This document shows positions 1-10,562 of a DNA stretch of 64,000 bases, piece after piece (the first letter of the stretch is position 1; each line of letters begins with the position of its first letter). Source of the stretch: Escherichia coli (lineage in GTDB: Bacteria > Pseudomonadota > Gammaproteobacteria > Enterobacterales > Enterobacteriaceae); NCBI RefSeq assembly GCF_030013595.1, contig NZ_CP122768.1; one strand, 5' to 3'. The translations under genes and the position numbers were made by a program. The notes below the pieces were generated by a model. The model had not been told where the DNA came from, did no database searches, and saw only the letters and a list, made by a program, of their open reading frames with translations.

Positions 1-1389
1 CGTGCTCGCATCCTCAAGCGCCACGGCGGACGCAATATCCTCTGCCCGTTTTGCCGCTGTCTCGGCGCGCGTTGCCGCGGATTCCGCCGTACTTTTGCTC
101 TGTGCTGCCGCCGTCGCACTGCCAGCTGCCTCTGTCGCCTTCGTGGATGCTGTCGTGGCGCTGCCCTTCGCTGCGGACGCTTGTCTGGTCGCCTCATCTT
201 TTGAAGCAGACGCCGATGATGCCGATGACGCCGCCGAACTGGCGGACGATGCCGCTGCCGTTTTTGAGGATTCTGCACGGGTTTCCGACGCTTTCGCGTT
301 CGTTTCGGATGTCTTCGCTGCGGAAGCTGACCTCGCTGCTGCCGTGGCCTGCTCAGTGGCTTCGCCAGCCTTCGTTGTGGCTGTTGAAGCGGATGATGCG
401 GCGCTTTCTGCCGATTTTCCGGCGGCGGTGGCACTGGCTGAGGCCTGCCCGGCACTTGTTGACGCGGCACTGGCAGACGACGCAGCCGCTGTTTTTGAGC
501 CTGCCGCAGCTGAGGCGCTCTGTCCCGCTGCCGTCTCAGAAGACCTGGCGTTCGTCTCGGACGTTTTTGCCGCCTTCGCGGAATTTCCTGCCGCCGTTGC
601 CGAGGAAGCTGCGCTACTGGCGCTCAAGGATGCGTTCGTTTCTGATGATTTCGCTGCCTCTTTTGAGGCCGCCGCATCCCGGGCTGAGGTGGCAGCTTCT
701 GACGCCTTTGTGGTCGCTGCGGATGCAGAAGTGGCTGCAGATTTTTGTGACGCTGCCGCATTCGTTTCTGACGTTTTCGCCGCAGCGGCACTGGTGGCCG
801 CCGCGCTTTTTGAGGACTCTGCAGCGGCAGCACTTTTTGATGCTTCAGTGGCCTTTGTTGATGCCGTTCCTGCGCTGGAAGACGCTGACTGAGCCGACGA
901 AGCGGCCTGTCCGGCTGACGTGCTGGCTGCGCGTGCTGAGCCTGCAGCATCAGTCGCATGGGTTGCCGCCTCACGGGCAGATGTGCCGGCATCGCCGGCT
1001 GACTTCTTCGCGGCTGCCGTGTTCTGTGCCACCACGGACGCGTTACGCGCCACCTCTTCCACCATCAGCTCAAAACGGCGCAGTGCCTCCGGACGGGCAT
1101 CATCCTCCGTCATGGCACCGAGAAAATCATTCAGCGTACCGGGTCGGGAATCTTCATACACTGTGATAGTCCCGGCATGTGACGGCGGGAATCCTTCCAC
1201 CAACAGAATAACGCTGTACTGACCGTACTCAACGTCCATACTGTAACGCCCGGCTTCATCCGGATTTTCTGAGGCCAGCGTGTTCACCACCACCGTGGTG
1301 CTGTTACGTTTTGCTTTCAGCTGGATTGTGCAGTTCTGTACCGGTTTTCCTGTGCCGTCTTTCAGTACACCTGAAATCTTTACTGCCAT
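1..1389 (-). CDS. stf: side tail fiber protein Stf, N-terminal ~463 codons; 3' end runs off the window edge
   Basis: Reverse-strand reading from ATG near 1389 (MAVKISGVLKDGTGKPVQ...) stays open to position 1; Ala/Ser-rich repeats as in λ Stf; absent from ORF track because no stop lies in the window. Confidence 0.75.
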   Translation of the reverse strand, partial: MAVKISGVLKDGTGKPVQNCTIQLKAKRNSTTVVVNTLASENPDEAGRYSMDVEYGQYSVILLVEGFPPSHAGTITVYEDSRPGTLNDFLGAMTEDDARPEALRRFELMVEEVARNASVVAQNTAAAKKSAGDAGTSAREAATHATDAAGSARAASTSAGQAASSAQSASSSAGTASTKATEASKSAAAAESSKSAAATSAAAAKTSETNAAASQKSAATSASAATTKASEAATSARDAAASKEAAKSSETNASLSASSAASSATAAGNSAKAAKTSETNARSSETAAGQSASAAAGSKTAAASSASAASTSAGQASASATAAGKSAESAASSASTATTKAGEATEQATAAARSASAAKTSETNAKASETRAESSKTAAASSASSAASSASSASASKDEATRQASAAKGSATTASTKATEAAGSATAAAQSKSTAESAATRAETAAKRAEDIASAVALEDAST

Positions 1390-1400
1390 ATTCACCCCAC

Positions 1401-1428
1401 AAAAAAGCCCGCCTGAACCGGCGGGCTG
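1401..1428 (-). terminator. rho-independent terminator downstream of lom
   Basis: GC hairpin (gcccgcc...ggcgggc) followed by T-run on minus strand. Confidence 0.55.
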
Positions 1429-1453
1429 TCATAACACTGTGTTACCTGGCTAA

Positions 1454-2053
1454 TCAGAATTTATAACCGACACCCACGATGAACCCGTCAGTGCGCCAGT
1501 CACCGCTGCCGGAGCCTTCATAAGCGACGTCAACGGCCACGGATTCGGTCGGGTTAAACTGCACGCCAGCTCCCCACGCCAGAGACGTGTTGCTGTGGCG
1601 ACCGTCATCACTTCCGGTCAGCACATCGTGCGTTTTCCCCTTGTTGTCAGTTACGCGGATATAATCTCCGGAGAAAGTCGACACACGGCTGTAAGCCATA
1701 CCCGCCATCGCATACGCGCTGAACCATTCATTCACGCGCACAGACGGCCCCGCCATCACGCTGAACCAGCGGTTACGCACGGAATCTTCATGCCAGCGGG
1801 TATCGCTGTAATGCGTTTTTTGCTCATCTTCAGCGTTGGTATAACTGAATGACGTAATCAGCCCCAGCGTGTCCGTAAACTCATAACGGTATTTCACGTT
1901 AATCCCGTTCAGATTATCGCTGCCGGGAGCGTTCGTACGGGCATGAAGATACCCTGCGCTCAGTGTGGCCTGCTGCTCAGACGCCCATGCAGGCGCACCG
2001 GATACGGCCAGACAGATGGCTGCGGACAAAATGGCTGCACAAACTTTACGCAT
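1454..2053 (-). CDS. lom: Lom/Ail-family outer membrane beta-barrel protein
   Basis: 199-aa ORF with signal peptide, C-terminal YEGSGSGDWRTDGFIVGVGYKF like λ Lom, position between J and stf. Confidence 0.85.
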   Translation of the reverse strand: MRKVCAAILSAAICLAVSGAPAWASEQQATLSAGYLHARTNAPGSDNLNGINVKYRYEFTDTLGLITSFSYTNAEDEQKTHYSDTRWHEDSVRNRWFSVMAGPSVRVNEWFSAYAMAGMAYSRVSTFSGDYIRVTDNKGKTHDVLTGSDDGRHSNTSLAWGAGVQFNPTESVAVDVAYEGSGSGDWRTDGFIVGVGYKF

Positions 2054-2074
2054 AATTACCTCTCGCTTTTCTGC

Positions 2075-2101
2075 AATAAAAAAGGCGCCATTTCTGGCGC
2101 C
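2075..2101 (-). terminator. hairpin plus T-run between J and lom
   Basis: ggcgcc-N6-ggcgcc stem followed by TTTTTTATT on minus strand. Confidence 0.5.
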
Positions 2102-2120
2102 CGTATATGGGTTATAAAAT

Positions 2121-5100
2121 TCAGCTGATACTGATGCCTGCGGTGGCTTTCTTCATCACCACAACCAGCAAATCGCTGATACTTGCTGTGGGATACCAGT
2201 TATTTACCAGCCATGCTGACACCGAAAACTCCAGTGTCATGTGACCGTGACCGGCAGGCATATCAATAACACCACTGTAAATCAGCGTATTATCCAGCGC
2301 GGTACGGTTATAAATTTCAGCACCGTTTTTCCGTACTATCAGACGGCATGAGGAGTAAATATCAGTATGCTCTTTCTCATGTTTAGCGCCGCTGAATGCC
2401 ACCGCCGGAATAACAATCTGCCGGTCAAACGGCTGATCGTCATAAACCCTGACGGTGATGGTCCCTGATGGCCACCGTTCCGGTGCACGGGAGTCCCGGG
2501 GGAAAGCTTTGCCCACTGTTTTAACGAGATCGCCTTCAATCTGGTTCGCGGACAGTTTTCCCAGAACCCGACAGTTCTCGTTAATCGTGACGTTGTTGAG
2601 CGTCCCGGAGTTCGCATTCACGTTACCGCTGATATCGGCATTTTTCGCCGTCAGCCGCCCGTCCGGTGTCAGGGAAAATGCCGGTGGATTTCCGCCGCTG
2701 GTAATGGTGGGAGCCGTCAGGCGTTTCAGGAACACGTCGTTCATGAATATCTGATCGCCCTGACCAACAAACATCGGCTTTGTGTTGCCATTCGCAGGAT
2801 TAATCATCGCAATCCGGTCAGCAGCCAGAAGCACCTGACTCTGCATACCTGCTGGCGTATTCTCAATACCGGCTCCGATACCCGCAATATAAAGGCGTCC
2901 GTCCTTCATCTGCTGCAGTTTCACGGCCCACATGCTGTTCAGGTTATTATTTGTATCAACCTGAACTTTCTGTATCTGCTGGATTGCCGCGCTCTGATTT
3001 TCCAGTTTCTTATTGACGGTCTGTGTGATTTCATTGCTGACATCCGTAATGGACGTCCTGATTTCAGCCAGGTCAGGCGCAAGCTGATCGTTATCAATCT
3101 GCGTCCACAGCTCCTGAGCCAGATGGGTTTTCCCTATCTCGCCTTTGAAAAAATCCAGATAGCCGGATGCGTCATCACTCGGCTGACCGACAGCCTCCAC
3201 GAATGCCGATTTGCCAACAGTGTTCACACTGCGAACGTAAAAATAATAATCATGGCCCGGCTTAATATTGATACTGGCAGCTATCCAGTACAGCGCCGTA
3301 CCAAGATAGCGCGCTGTGGTTTCAACCTGCCTGATATCCGCAATCCGCTTTTCCGAGAACCAGAACTCAAACTGTACCGTCGGATCATAAACGGCAAGAT
3401 GCGGCGTGGCGGTTATCTGAAAATAGCCCGGCGTCAGCTCAATCCGCGACGGTGCTGCCGGTGCGGCAATCCGGAACGATACCGATGCCGGATCGCCCTG
3501 CTGTCCCCACGCATTTACCGCCCGGACTGTCAGCCTGTAGTTCCCCAGCGCCAGCTGCCTGAAGCGGTATGTGGTTTCCGTCGTCCGGGCCGTGCTGACC
3601 AGCCGCTCACTGCCGTCATCGGCGGCCACGGTCAGGCGAAGCATAAAGCTCACACCCTTCACCACCTTCGGCGTGTCCCAGCGCGCCAGCACCTGATACT
3701 CCCCACTGTCTGCGGTGACTTCTGCGGTCAGGTGCTGCACCGCTGGCGGCGTGACACCATTCACCGTGCCGCTCTGGTCGCCGTCAAAGTGCGCCCCGTT
3801 ATCCACGATGGCTTCTTTCTCCGGTACATGCTGCACGGCAGTGATGGCATACGTGCCGTCATCGTTCTCACGGATACTCACACAGCGGAACAGGCGCTGG
3901 CGCAACGTCGGCAGCTTCAGCCCCCACACGCTGTATTCTGCAACGCCGTCAGGAACACGGCTCACTTTCACCTTCACACCGTCGGTGACGGACTGAACCT
4001 CCACGCTGACCGGATTGCCACTTCCGTCAACCAGGCTTATCAGCGTGGTACCGGAGGATGGCAGCGTGATTTCACGGTCGAGCGTCAGCGTCCGGGTCTG
4101 GCTGTTCACCGCCAGCACGCGCCCGCCGGTGCTGATACCGGCATAGTCATCATCGCAGATTTCAATGACATCGCCCGGCACATGGCGAAGCCCTTCTGCG
4201 CCCACGCTGAAATCCACGGTCTGCGTTTCCAGCAGTTCCGTTTTAATCAGCCACAGCCCGGCGCGGTGTGCCTGCCCCCGGCTGGTACAGCCAAAGGCAT
4301 CCATCTTCGTAACATTACGACCGTAACGGGCAATGGCCTGCGTATCTTCAACAAGCTCTGTCGCCGTCTCCCAGCCGTTATCCGGGTCAATCCAGTTCAC
4401 CTCAACGGCATTATGGCGGTCCTTCAGGGCGCTGAAGCTGTAGCGGAACGGCGCGCCATCATCCGGCATCACCACATTACTGCGGTTATAGGTCCACACC
4501 TTATCCGACGGTCGGTCCTGCACGAACGTCAGCGTCTGCCCGTTCCATACCGGCATACAGCGCATCGCCGAGCAGAAATCGCTGAGCACATCCCACGCCT
4601 TACGTTGTGTGGTCAGCCAGGCATTACAGGTGATGCGCGGCTCCGTGCCGCCAAAACCGTCCGGCACCGACTGGTCGCAGTACTGGCCGATGACATACAG
4701 CGCCCATTTATCCACATCTGCCGCACCAAGACGTTTCCCCATGCCGTAGCGCGGATGGGTCAGCATATCCCACAGACACCAGGCCATGTTGTTGCTGTAT
4801 GCTGGCTTAAACGTTCCATCCCAGATACCGCTGTATTGCCGCGTCTGCGGGTTATAGTTCGACGGCACCTGCAGAATGCGCCCGCGCAGATGATAATTAC
4901 GGCTCACCTGCTGGCTGCCGAACTGCTCCGAGTCCACCTGCACGCCGACCAGTGCCGTGTTCGGGTAGCACTGTTTCACATCTATAATTTCGGTGTATGA
5001 CGACCAGAGCGTTTTGTTCTGCAGCTGGTCTGTGGTGCTGTCCGGCGTCATCCTGCGCATCCGGATACTGAACGGGCGCGGCGGCAGGTTATCCACCACC

Positions 5101-5600
5101 ACCGAGGCCAGATACTGCGAGGTGGTTTTGCCCTTAATGGTGATGTCTTTTTCCGTCACCCAGCCACCGTTACGTTGTATCTGAACCAGCAGGCGGACTT
5201 CCGATGGATTCCTGTCACCCTTTGAGGTGGTTTCCACCAGTGCCTGCACACCGAAGGTAAAGCGCAGTCGGTCGATGTTTGCCGACGTGATGGCGCGGGT
5301 GATCGGCGTGTCGTATTTCACTTCCGTACCCAGCACCGTCTCGGAGCCGGAGGATTCAAATCCCTCCGGCGGAGTCTGCTCCTGCTCACCAGCCCGGAAC
5401 ACCACCGTGACACCGGCGATGTTGGTATTCCCCTCACTGTCCAGCACCGGCGTACTGTTCAGCAGCACGCTTTTTAATCCATCCACCGGACCTTCAATCG
5501 GCCCTTCACTGATGGCATCAATCACACTCAGCAACTGCGTGGATTTCAGGTTGTCCTTCGCTTCGCGCGGGGTATGCCCCTTACTGCTGCCTTTACCCAT
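2121..5600 (-). CDS. J: tail tip host specificity protein J
   Basis: 1159-aa ORF, ATG start, λ gene order (downstream of I), λ J-like sequence. Confidence 0.9.
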   Translation of the reverse strand: MGKGSSKGHTPREAKDNLKSTQLLSVIDAISEGPIEGPVDGLKSVLLNSTPVLDSEGNTNIAGVTVVFRAGEQEQTPPEGFESSGSETVLGTEVKYDTPITRAITSANIDRLRFTFGVQALVETTSKGDRNPSEVRLLVQIQRNGGWVTEKDITIKGKTTSQYLASVVVDNLPPRPFSIRMRRMTPDSTTDQLQNKTLWSSYTEIIDVKQCYPNTALVGVQVDSEQFGSQQVSRNYHLRGRILQVPSNYNPQTRQYSGIWDGTFKPAYSNNMAWCLWDMLTHPRYGMGKRLGAADVDKWALYVIGQYCDQSVPDGFGGTEPRITCNAWLTTQRKAWDVLSDFCSAMRCMPVWNGQTLTFVQDRPSDKVWTYNRSNVVMPDDGAPFRYSFSALKDRHNAVEVNWIDPDNGWETATELVEDTQAIARYGRNVTKMDAFGCTSRGQAHRAGLWLIKTELLETQTVDFSVGAEGLRHVPGDVIEICDDDYAGISTGGRVLAVNSQTRTLTLDREITLPSSGTTLISLVDGSGNPVSVEVQSVTDGVKVKVSRVPDGVAEYSVWGLKLPTLRQRLFRCVSIRENDDGTYAITAVQHVPEKEAIVDNGAHFDGDQSGTVNGVTPPAVQHLTAEVTADSGEYQVLARWDTPKVVKGVSFMLRLTVAADDGSERLVSTARTTETTYRFRQLALGNYRLTVRAVNAWGQQGDPASVSFRIAAPAAPSRIELTPGYFQITATPHLAVYDPTVQFEFWFSEKRIADIRQVETTARYLGTALYWIAASINIKPGHDYYFYVRSVNTVGKSAFVEAVGQPSDDASGYLDFFKGEIGKTHLAQELWTQIDNDQLAPDLAEIRTSITDVSNEITQTVNKKLENQSAAIQQIQKVQVDTNNNLNSMWAVKLQQMKDGRLYIAGIGAGIENTPAGMQSQVLLAADRIAMINPANGNTKPMFVGQGDQIFMNDVFLKRLTAPTITSGGNPPAFSLTPDGRLTAKNADISGNVNANSGTLNNVTINENCRVLGKLSANQIEGDLVKTVGKAFPRDSRAPERWPSGTITVRVYDDQPFDRQIVIPAVAFSGAKHEKEHTDIYSSCRLIVRKNGAEIYNRTALDNTLIYSGVIDMPAGHGHMTLEFSVSAWLVNNWYPTASISDLLVVVMKKATAGISIS

Positions 5601-5671
5601 TCGTCACGCTCCATAAACGACAAAACCGCCCGCAGGCGGTTTCACATAAAACATTTTTCATCAGCGACCAA

Positions 5672-6331
5672 TCACCACAACCTGACCACCATCACCTTCA
5701 TCTGCTGTGCTGATCTCCTGAGATACCACCCGCGACCCCACACGCATTTCACCGTACAGAACGGGCAGGACATTGCCCTGGGCAACCATATTATCCAGTG
5801 AAGAAAAATAGGTGTTCTGTTTGCCGTTATCCGTTGTCTGTGTGCGGGGGTTTTGGGTTTAGGGGCCAGCATCTGCGCCACACCACCGAGCACCATACTG
5901 GCACCGAGAGAAAACAGGATACCGGTCATACCACCGGCCCCAATGGCTGCCCCCCATGCTGCAAGGGTGGCTCCGGCAGTAAAGAATGATCCGGCAATGG
6001 CGGCAGCCCCCAGAACAATCTGGAATACGCCCCCTGACTTGGCCCCGGCGACTCTGGGAACAATATGAATCACAGCGCCGTCAGGCAGAGTCTCATGTAA
6101 CTGCGCCGTTAACCCGGACGTGCTGACGTCCCGCCCGGCAATCCGTACCTGATACCAGCCGTCGCTCAGTTTCTGACGAAACGCCGGGAGCTGTGTGGCC
6201 AGTGCGCGGATGGCTTCAGCCCCCGTTTTCACACGAAGGTCGATGCGGCGGCCAAATCGTTGCAAATCCCCGTAAAGGCAGATGCGTGCCATTCCCGGTG
6301 ACGCCAGAGGGAGTGTGTGCGTCGCTGCCAT
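5672..6331 (-). CDS. I: tail assembly protein I; last ~60 codons read out of frame (apparent frameshift)
   Basis: First ~158 residues match λ gpI; tracked ORF ends in W/C-rich junk (…VMVVRLW) while the neighbouring frame encodes a clean …GDGGQVVVIGR tail ending at ~5661. Confidence 0.7.
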   Translation of the reverse strand: MAATHTLPLASPGMARICLYGDLQRFGRRIDLRVKTGAEAIRALATQLPAFRQKLSDGWYQVRIAGRDVSTSGLTAQLHETLPDGAVIHIVPRVAGAKSGGVFQIVLGAAAIAGSFFTAGATLAAWGAAIGAGGMTGILFSLGASMVLGGVAQMLAPKPKTPAHRQRITANRTPIFLHWIIWLPRAMSCPFCTVKCVWGRGWYLRRSAQQMKVMVVRLW

Positions 6332-6972
6332 TTGTCGGTGTACCTCTCTCGTTTGCTCAGTTGTTCAGGAATATGGTGCAGCAGCTCGCTGTCACCACAG
6401 TAAATGGCGGCATGATTCGGCACCGATGAACCAAAACAGCACAGCAGCACATCGCCCGGCTGCGCCGCTGACAACGGCACCTGATACAGCCCTGTGGCCT
6501 CCAGATTATCCAGATAGAGATTCTGACCGTTACGCCACCAGTCATCCTCGCGATGAAAATCCGGCATCTCAATCCCCGCCAGATGGTAAGCATCCCGGAA
6601 CAGCGTGTAACAGTCCGTCACCCCGTGCTCAAAGCGCCGCCCGGTGAGATGCGGCACACAGCGGAACTTGTGAATCGCCCCCCGGCAGACCAGCCACCAC
6701 GGCAAATCACTCTGCACCTGCAGCCGCCGGTCAGCCTCACTCAGCCAGGGCAGACCACCGGGATGACTGTGGACCAGTGCCACAATCTCACCCTGCATCT
6801 CTGCCTGCAGCCAGTCCTCCGGAGCCATCCGGAAATAATCCTCCGGCTCACCGGAAATATTCACGCAGGGAAAATATCTTTCCCCCTCCGGCGCTCTCAC
6901 CACGAAGCCGCACGACTCCGCTGGCGCACATCGCCGGGCGTGCGCCAGAATCGCTGATTCTGTCTCTGTCAT
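6229..6972 (-). CDS. K: tail tip assembly protein K (JAB/MPN + NlpC/P60 domains)
   Basis: HSHPGG…S..D JAMM-like motif; start placed at MTETES (track start minus 42 nt); alternative start at 6828 would give the 199-aa form. Confidence 0.75.
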   Translation of the reverse strand: MTETESAILAHARRCAPAESCGFVVRAPEGERYFPCVNISGEPEDYFRMAPEDWLQAEMQGEIVALVHSHPGGLPWLSEADRRLQVQSDLPWWLVCRGAIHKFRCVPHLTGRRFEHGVTDCYTLFRDAYHLAGIEMPDFHREDDWWRNGQNLYLDNLEATGLYQVPLSAAQPGDVLLCCFGSSVPNHAAIYCGDSELLHHIPEQLSKRERYTDKWQRRTHSLWRHREWHASAFTGICNDLAAASTFV

Positions 6973-6976
6973 GGGA

Positions 6977-7675
6977 TTACTGCGAAAGTTTGTTAATGGA
7001 AAGGAAGCCGCCAAAGTTGCCGACGTTATTGCGAAACTTACAGCCGCTCAGGCATTTGCTGCATTTATCCTTCGTGATATCGGACGTCGGCTGGTCATAT
7101 TCATCCGCGACTGCCGGACCGTGATAACCGCACTCATCACCGCGATAGGTCCAGGTGCAGGTGTTGGCCAGCATGATACGTCCCGGAAAAACAGCGCCAT
7201 CCGTTTCCGTCGGCGTGGACAGTACAAAGGAGGCACTCACCGCGCTCAGTTCGCTGCACTGCTCGATGCGCCAGCGGCTGATCACCTCCTGCTCCGGATC
7301 GGCGTCACTGTTTCCGTTGACGAAGTTCACCGCATCCAGAAAACGGGCGTAAACCTTACGCCGGACCACCGTTCCGCCGACCAGACTCTGCAGATCTTCC
7401 GCCATCCCGGTGACCATACCGTACAGGTTAGAAACCGTCAGCGTGGGGCGCGTACTGGTGCCTTTGCCATTCAGTTCAAAACCACTCCCCTGAATGGGAT
7501 ACGGCTGATACTGTCGCCCCTGCCAGGTGACCGGCACACCTTTTTCGTTCTGCTCATTACAGAAAAAATAACGTTCTCCACCGACCTCTGTCAGGTCGAT
7601 TTCCCAGAGCACCACGCTGGCCGACTGCTCCGCACGGGTGCATTCATTCAGTGTTTCCTGCCGGATATCCTGCAT
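6977..7675 (-). CDS. L: tail tip protein L
   Basis: 232 aa, λ gene order and size. Confidence 0.9.
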   Translation of the reverse strand: MQDIRQETLNECTRAEQSASVVLWEIDLTEVGGERYFFCNEQNEKGVPVTWQGRQYQPYPIQGSGFELNGKGTSTRPTLTVSNLYGMVTGMAEDLQSLVGGTVVRRKVYARFLDAVNFVNGNSDADPEQEVISRWRIEQCSELSAVSASFVLSTPTETDGAVFPGRIMLANTCTWTYRGDECGYHGPAVADEYDQPTSDITKDKCSKCLSGCKFRNNVGNFGGFLSINKLSQ

Positions 7676-8004
7676 CAGTTCACCACCTGTTCAAACTCTG
7701 CGCTGAACTCAACACGCAGCATACTGACCCGCGACGACCATTTTGCGCAGGTCACCTTTATCTGCCGCCACTCATAAGGCGGCGTCCACAGAAAGGCTTT
7801 CCAGCCCCCGTGCTCTTCCAGAAACGACTCCAGTACCGTGGCCTCCTCACGGGGGACAGAAAGCGTCACGCTGTACGTTTTCAGGTTGGCATTCAGCCCG
7901 GCAGGCGCTCGCTGGGAATAGCCATCACCAAAGCGCACCTTTCTTACAGAAGGGGCCGAAGCCACATCCATACCGGGTTTCACTTTCCAGCGGAAGGTTT
8001 TCAT
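7675..8004 (-). CDS. M: tail tip protein M
   Basis: 109 aa, λ gene order and size. Confidence 0.9.
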   Translation of the reverse strand: MKTFRWKVKPGMDVASAPSVRKVRFGDGYSQRAPAGLNANLKTYSVTLSVPREEATVLESFLEEHGGWKAFLWTPPYEWRQIKVTCAKWSSRVSMLRVEFSAEFEQVVN

Positions 8005-10562
8005 CGTCCACCTCCGGAGAACAGTCCACCATCACGCATCTGTGTCTGAATTTCATCACGGGCACCCTTGCGGGCCATGTCATACACCGCCTTCAGAGCA
8101 GCCGGACCTATCTGCCCGTTCGTGCCGTCGTTGTTAATCACCACATGGTTATTCTGCTCAAACGTCCCGGACGCCTGCGACCGGCTGTCAGCCAGACTGC
8201 CCGGTGTACCGACATAACCACCGGTGGCATAGCCGCGCATCAGCCGGTAGAGATTCCCCACGCCAATCCGGCTGGTTGCCTCCTTTGTGAAGACAAATTC
8301 ACCACGGTGAACAATCCCCGCTGGCTCATATTTGCCGCCGGTTCCCGTAAATCCTCCGGTTGCAAAATGGAATTTCGCCGCAGCGGCCTGAATGGCTGTA
8401 CCGCCTGACGCGGATGCGCCGCCACCAACAGCCCCGCCAATAGCGCTGCCGATACTCCCGACAATCCCCACCATTGCCTGCTTAAGCAGAATTTCTGTCA
8501 TCATGGACAGCACGGAACGGGTGAAGCTGCGCCAGTTCTGCTCACTGCCGGTCAGCATCGCCGCCATATTCTGTGCAATACCATCAAAGGTCTGCGTGGC
8601 TGCACTTTTTACCTGCGACATACTGTCCGTGGCGCTCTCTTCCCACTCACTCCAGCCGGACTTCAGGCCTGCCATCCAGCTCCCGCGAAGCTGGTCTTCA
8701 GCCGCCCAGGTCTTTTTCTGCTCTGACATGACGTTATTCAGCGCCAGCGGATTATCGCCATACTGTTCCTTCAGGCGCTGTTCCGTGGCTTCCCGTTCTG
8801 CCTGCCGGTCAGTCAGCCCCCGGCTTTTCGCATCAATGGCGGCCCGTTTTGCCCGTTGCTGCTGTGCGAATTTATCCGCCTGCTGCGCCAGCGCGTTCAG
8901 GCGCTCCTGATACGTAACCTTGTCGCCAAGTGCAGCCAGCTGGAGTTTGTACTCCAGCGTCTCATCTTTATGCGCCAGCAGGGATTTCTCCTGTGCAGAC
9001 AGCTGGCGACGTTGCGCCGCCTCCTCCAGTACCGCGAACTGACTCTCCGCCTTCCACAAATCCCGGCGCTGCTGGCTGATTTTCTCATTTGCTCCGGCAT
9101 GCTTCTCCAGCGTCCGGAGTTCAGCCTGAAGCGTCAGCAGGGCAGCATGAGCACTGTCTTCCTGACGATCGCCCGCAGACACCTTCACGCCGGACTGTTT
9201 CGGCTTTTTCAGCGTCGCTTCATAGTCCTTTTTCGCCGCCGCCATCAGCGTGTTGTAATCTGCCTGCAGAATTTTCCCGTCCTTCAGTGCCTTGTTCAGT
9301 TCTTCCTGACGGGCGGTATATTTCTCCAGCGGCGTCTGCAGCCGTTCGTAAGCTTTCTGCGCCTCTTCGGTATATTTCAGCCGTGACGCTTCAGTATCGC
9401 TCTGCTGCTGCGCATTTTTGTCCTGTTGACTCTGCTGTTCAGCCTTCTTTCTCGCGGCTTCAAGCGCAAGACGGGCCTTTTCACGATCATCCCAGTAACG
9501 CGCCCGCGCTTCATCGTTAACAAAATAATCATCCTTGCGCAGACTCCAGATGTCGTCCGCTTTCTTAAACGCAGCCTCTGCCTTAATCAGCATCTCCTGA
9601 GCGGTATCAGGACGACCAATATCCAGCACCGCATCCCACATGGATTTGAATGCCCGCGCTGTCCTGTCTGCCCAGGTCTCCAGCGTACCCATGTTCTCTT
9701 TCAGGCGGCGGGTCTGGTCATCAAACCCTTTCGTCGCGGCCTCGTTCGCCGCCTGCAATGCCCCGGCTTCATCGCCGGAACGCTGCAACTGAGCAACATA
9801 CGCAATCTGCTCCGCCGTCACGTTATGGAACTGGCGTGCCATCGCTGTCAGCCCTGACGTCGGGTCTGTGGTCAGCTTCCCGAAGGCTTCAGCGACCTTG
9901 TCCACCTCCACGCCGGATGCAGAGGAGAAACGCGCCACACTCTGGCTGATGGATGCAATCTGAGCCTCACCGCTTACTCCCGCCTTAACCAGTGCGCTGA
10001 GTGACTCGCTGGTCTGGTTAAACGTCAGCCCTGCCGCCTGCCCGGCTCTGGACAGGACCAGCATACGATCTGCCGTCAGACCCGACTGATTGCCGGAAAG
10101 GACCAGCGTTTTGTTGAAATCGGACAGGGTTGAGTTGCCCTGATACCAGGCATACGCCAGCGCACCGGTCGCCACCGCCAGCGAGGTGGCCCCGACCATC
10201 GGCAGGGTGATCGCACCGGCAAGCCCCCTGAACATGGGGATCATCCCGCCGAAGGAGTCCTTCACCTGACCACCCTGTTGCAGCAGGATCAGCCACGGAC
10301 TTTGCCCGCCTGCAAGCTGCGTGGCCACGTCGGTGAACTGCGCAGGCAGCATACGCATGGCAGCTTTATACTGCCCGACGGAAATCCCCGCTTTCTGTGC
10401 AGCCAGCGCCTGTCGGCTCAGCGACTGTTCAACGACTGCCGCTGTTTTTTTCGCATCACTTTCCGTACCGGAAAAATGACGCCTGACTCTGGCCATCTGC
10501 TCGTCAAATCTGGCCGCATCCAGACTTAAATCAACGACCAGATCGCCTACCGGTTCAGCCAT
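8001..10562 (-). CDS. H: tail tape measure protein H
   Basis: 853 aa, coiled-coil rich, λ position and length. Confidence 0.9.
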   Translation of the reverse strand: MAEPVGDLVVDLSLDAARFDEQMARVRRHFSGTESDAKKTAAVVEQSLSRQALAAQKAGISVGQYKAAMRMLPAQFTDVATQLAGGQSPWLILLQQGGQVKDSFGGMIPMFRGLAGAITLPMVGATSLAVATGALAYAWYQGNSTLSDFNKTLVLSGNQSGLTADRMLVLSRAGQAAGLTFNQTSESLSALVKAGVSGEAQIASISQSVARFSSASGVEVDKVAEAFGKLTTDPTSGLTAMARQFHNVTAEQIAYVAQLQRSGDEAGALQAANEAATKGFDDQTRRLKENMGTLETWADRTARAFKSMWDAVLDIGRPDTAQEMLIKAEAAFKKADDIWSLRKDDYFVNDEARARYWDDREKARLALEAARKKAEQQSQQDKNAQQQSDTEASRLKYTEEAQKAYERLQTPLEKYTARQEELNKALKDGKILQADYNTLMAAAKKDYEATLKKPKQSGVKVSAGDRQEDSAHAALLTLQAELRTLEKHAGANEKISQQRRDLWKAESQFAVLEEAAQRRQLSAQEKSLLAHKDETLEYKLQLAALGDKVTYQERLNALAQQADKFAQQQRAKRAAIDAKSRGLTDRQAEREATEQRLKEQYGDNPLALNNVMSEQKKTWAAEDQLRGSWMAGLKSGWSEWEESATDSMSQVKSAATQTFDGIAQNMAAMLTGSEQNWRSFTRSVLSMMTEILLKQAMVGIVGSIGSAIGGAVGGGASASGGTAIQAAAAKFHFATGGFTGTGGKYEPAGIVHRGEFVFTKEATSRIGVGNLYRLMRGYATGGYVGTPGSLADSRSQASGTFEQNNHVVINNDGTNGQIGPAALKAVYDMARKGARDEIQTQMRDGGLFSGGGR

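Noticed and set aside
2-1166. Long plus-strand ORFs (296 aa Ala-rich; 371 aa) at the left edge
   Set aside because: They lie antisense to the stf coding frame; Ala-rich antisense frames are expected from a GC-rich, Ala/Ser-repeat gene.
3123-5000. 625-aa plus-strand ORF
   Set aside because: Entirely antisense to tail gene J; Arg/His-rich low-complexity translation typical of a spurious antisense frame.
8392-9949. Several 99-176-aa plus-strand ORFs
   Set aside because: All antisense to tape-measure gene H; no independent signals.
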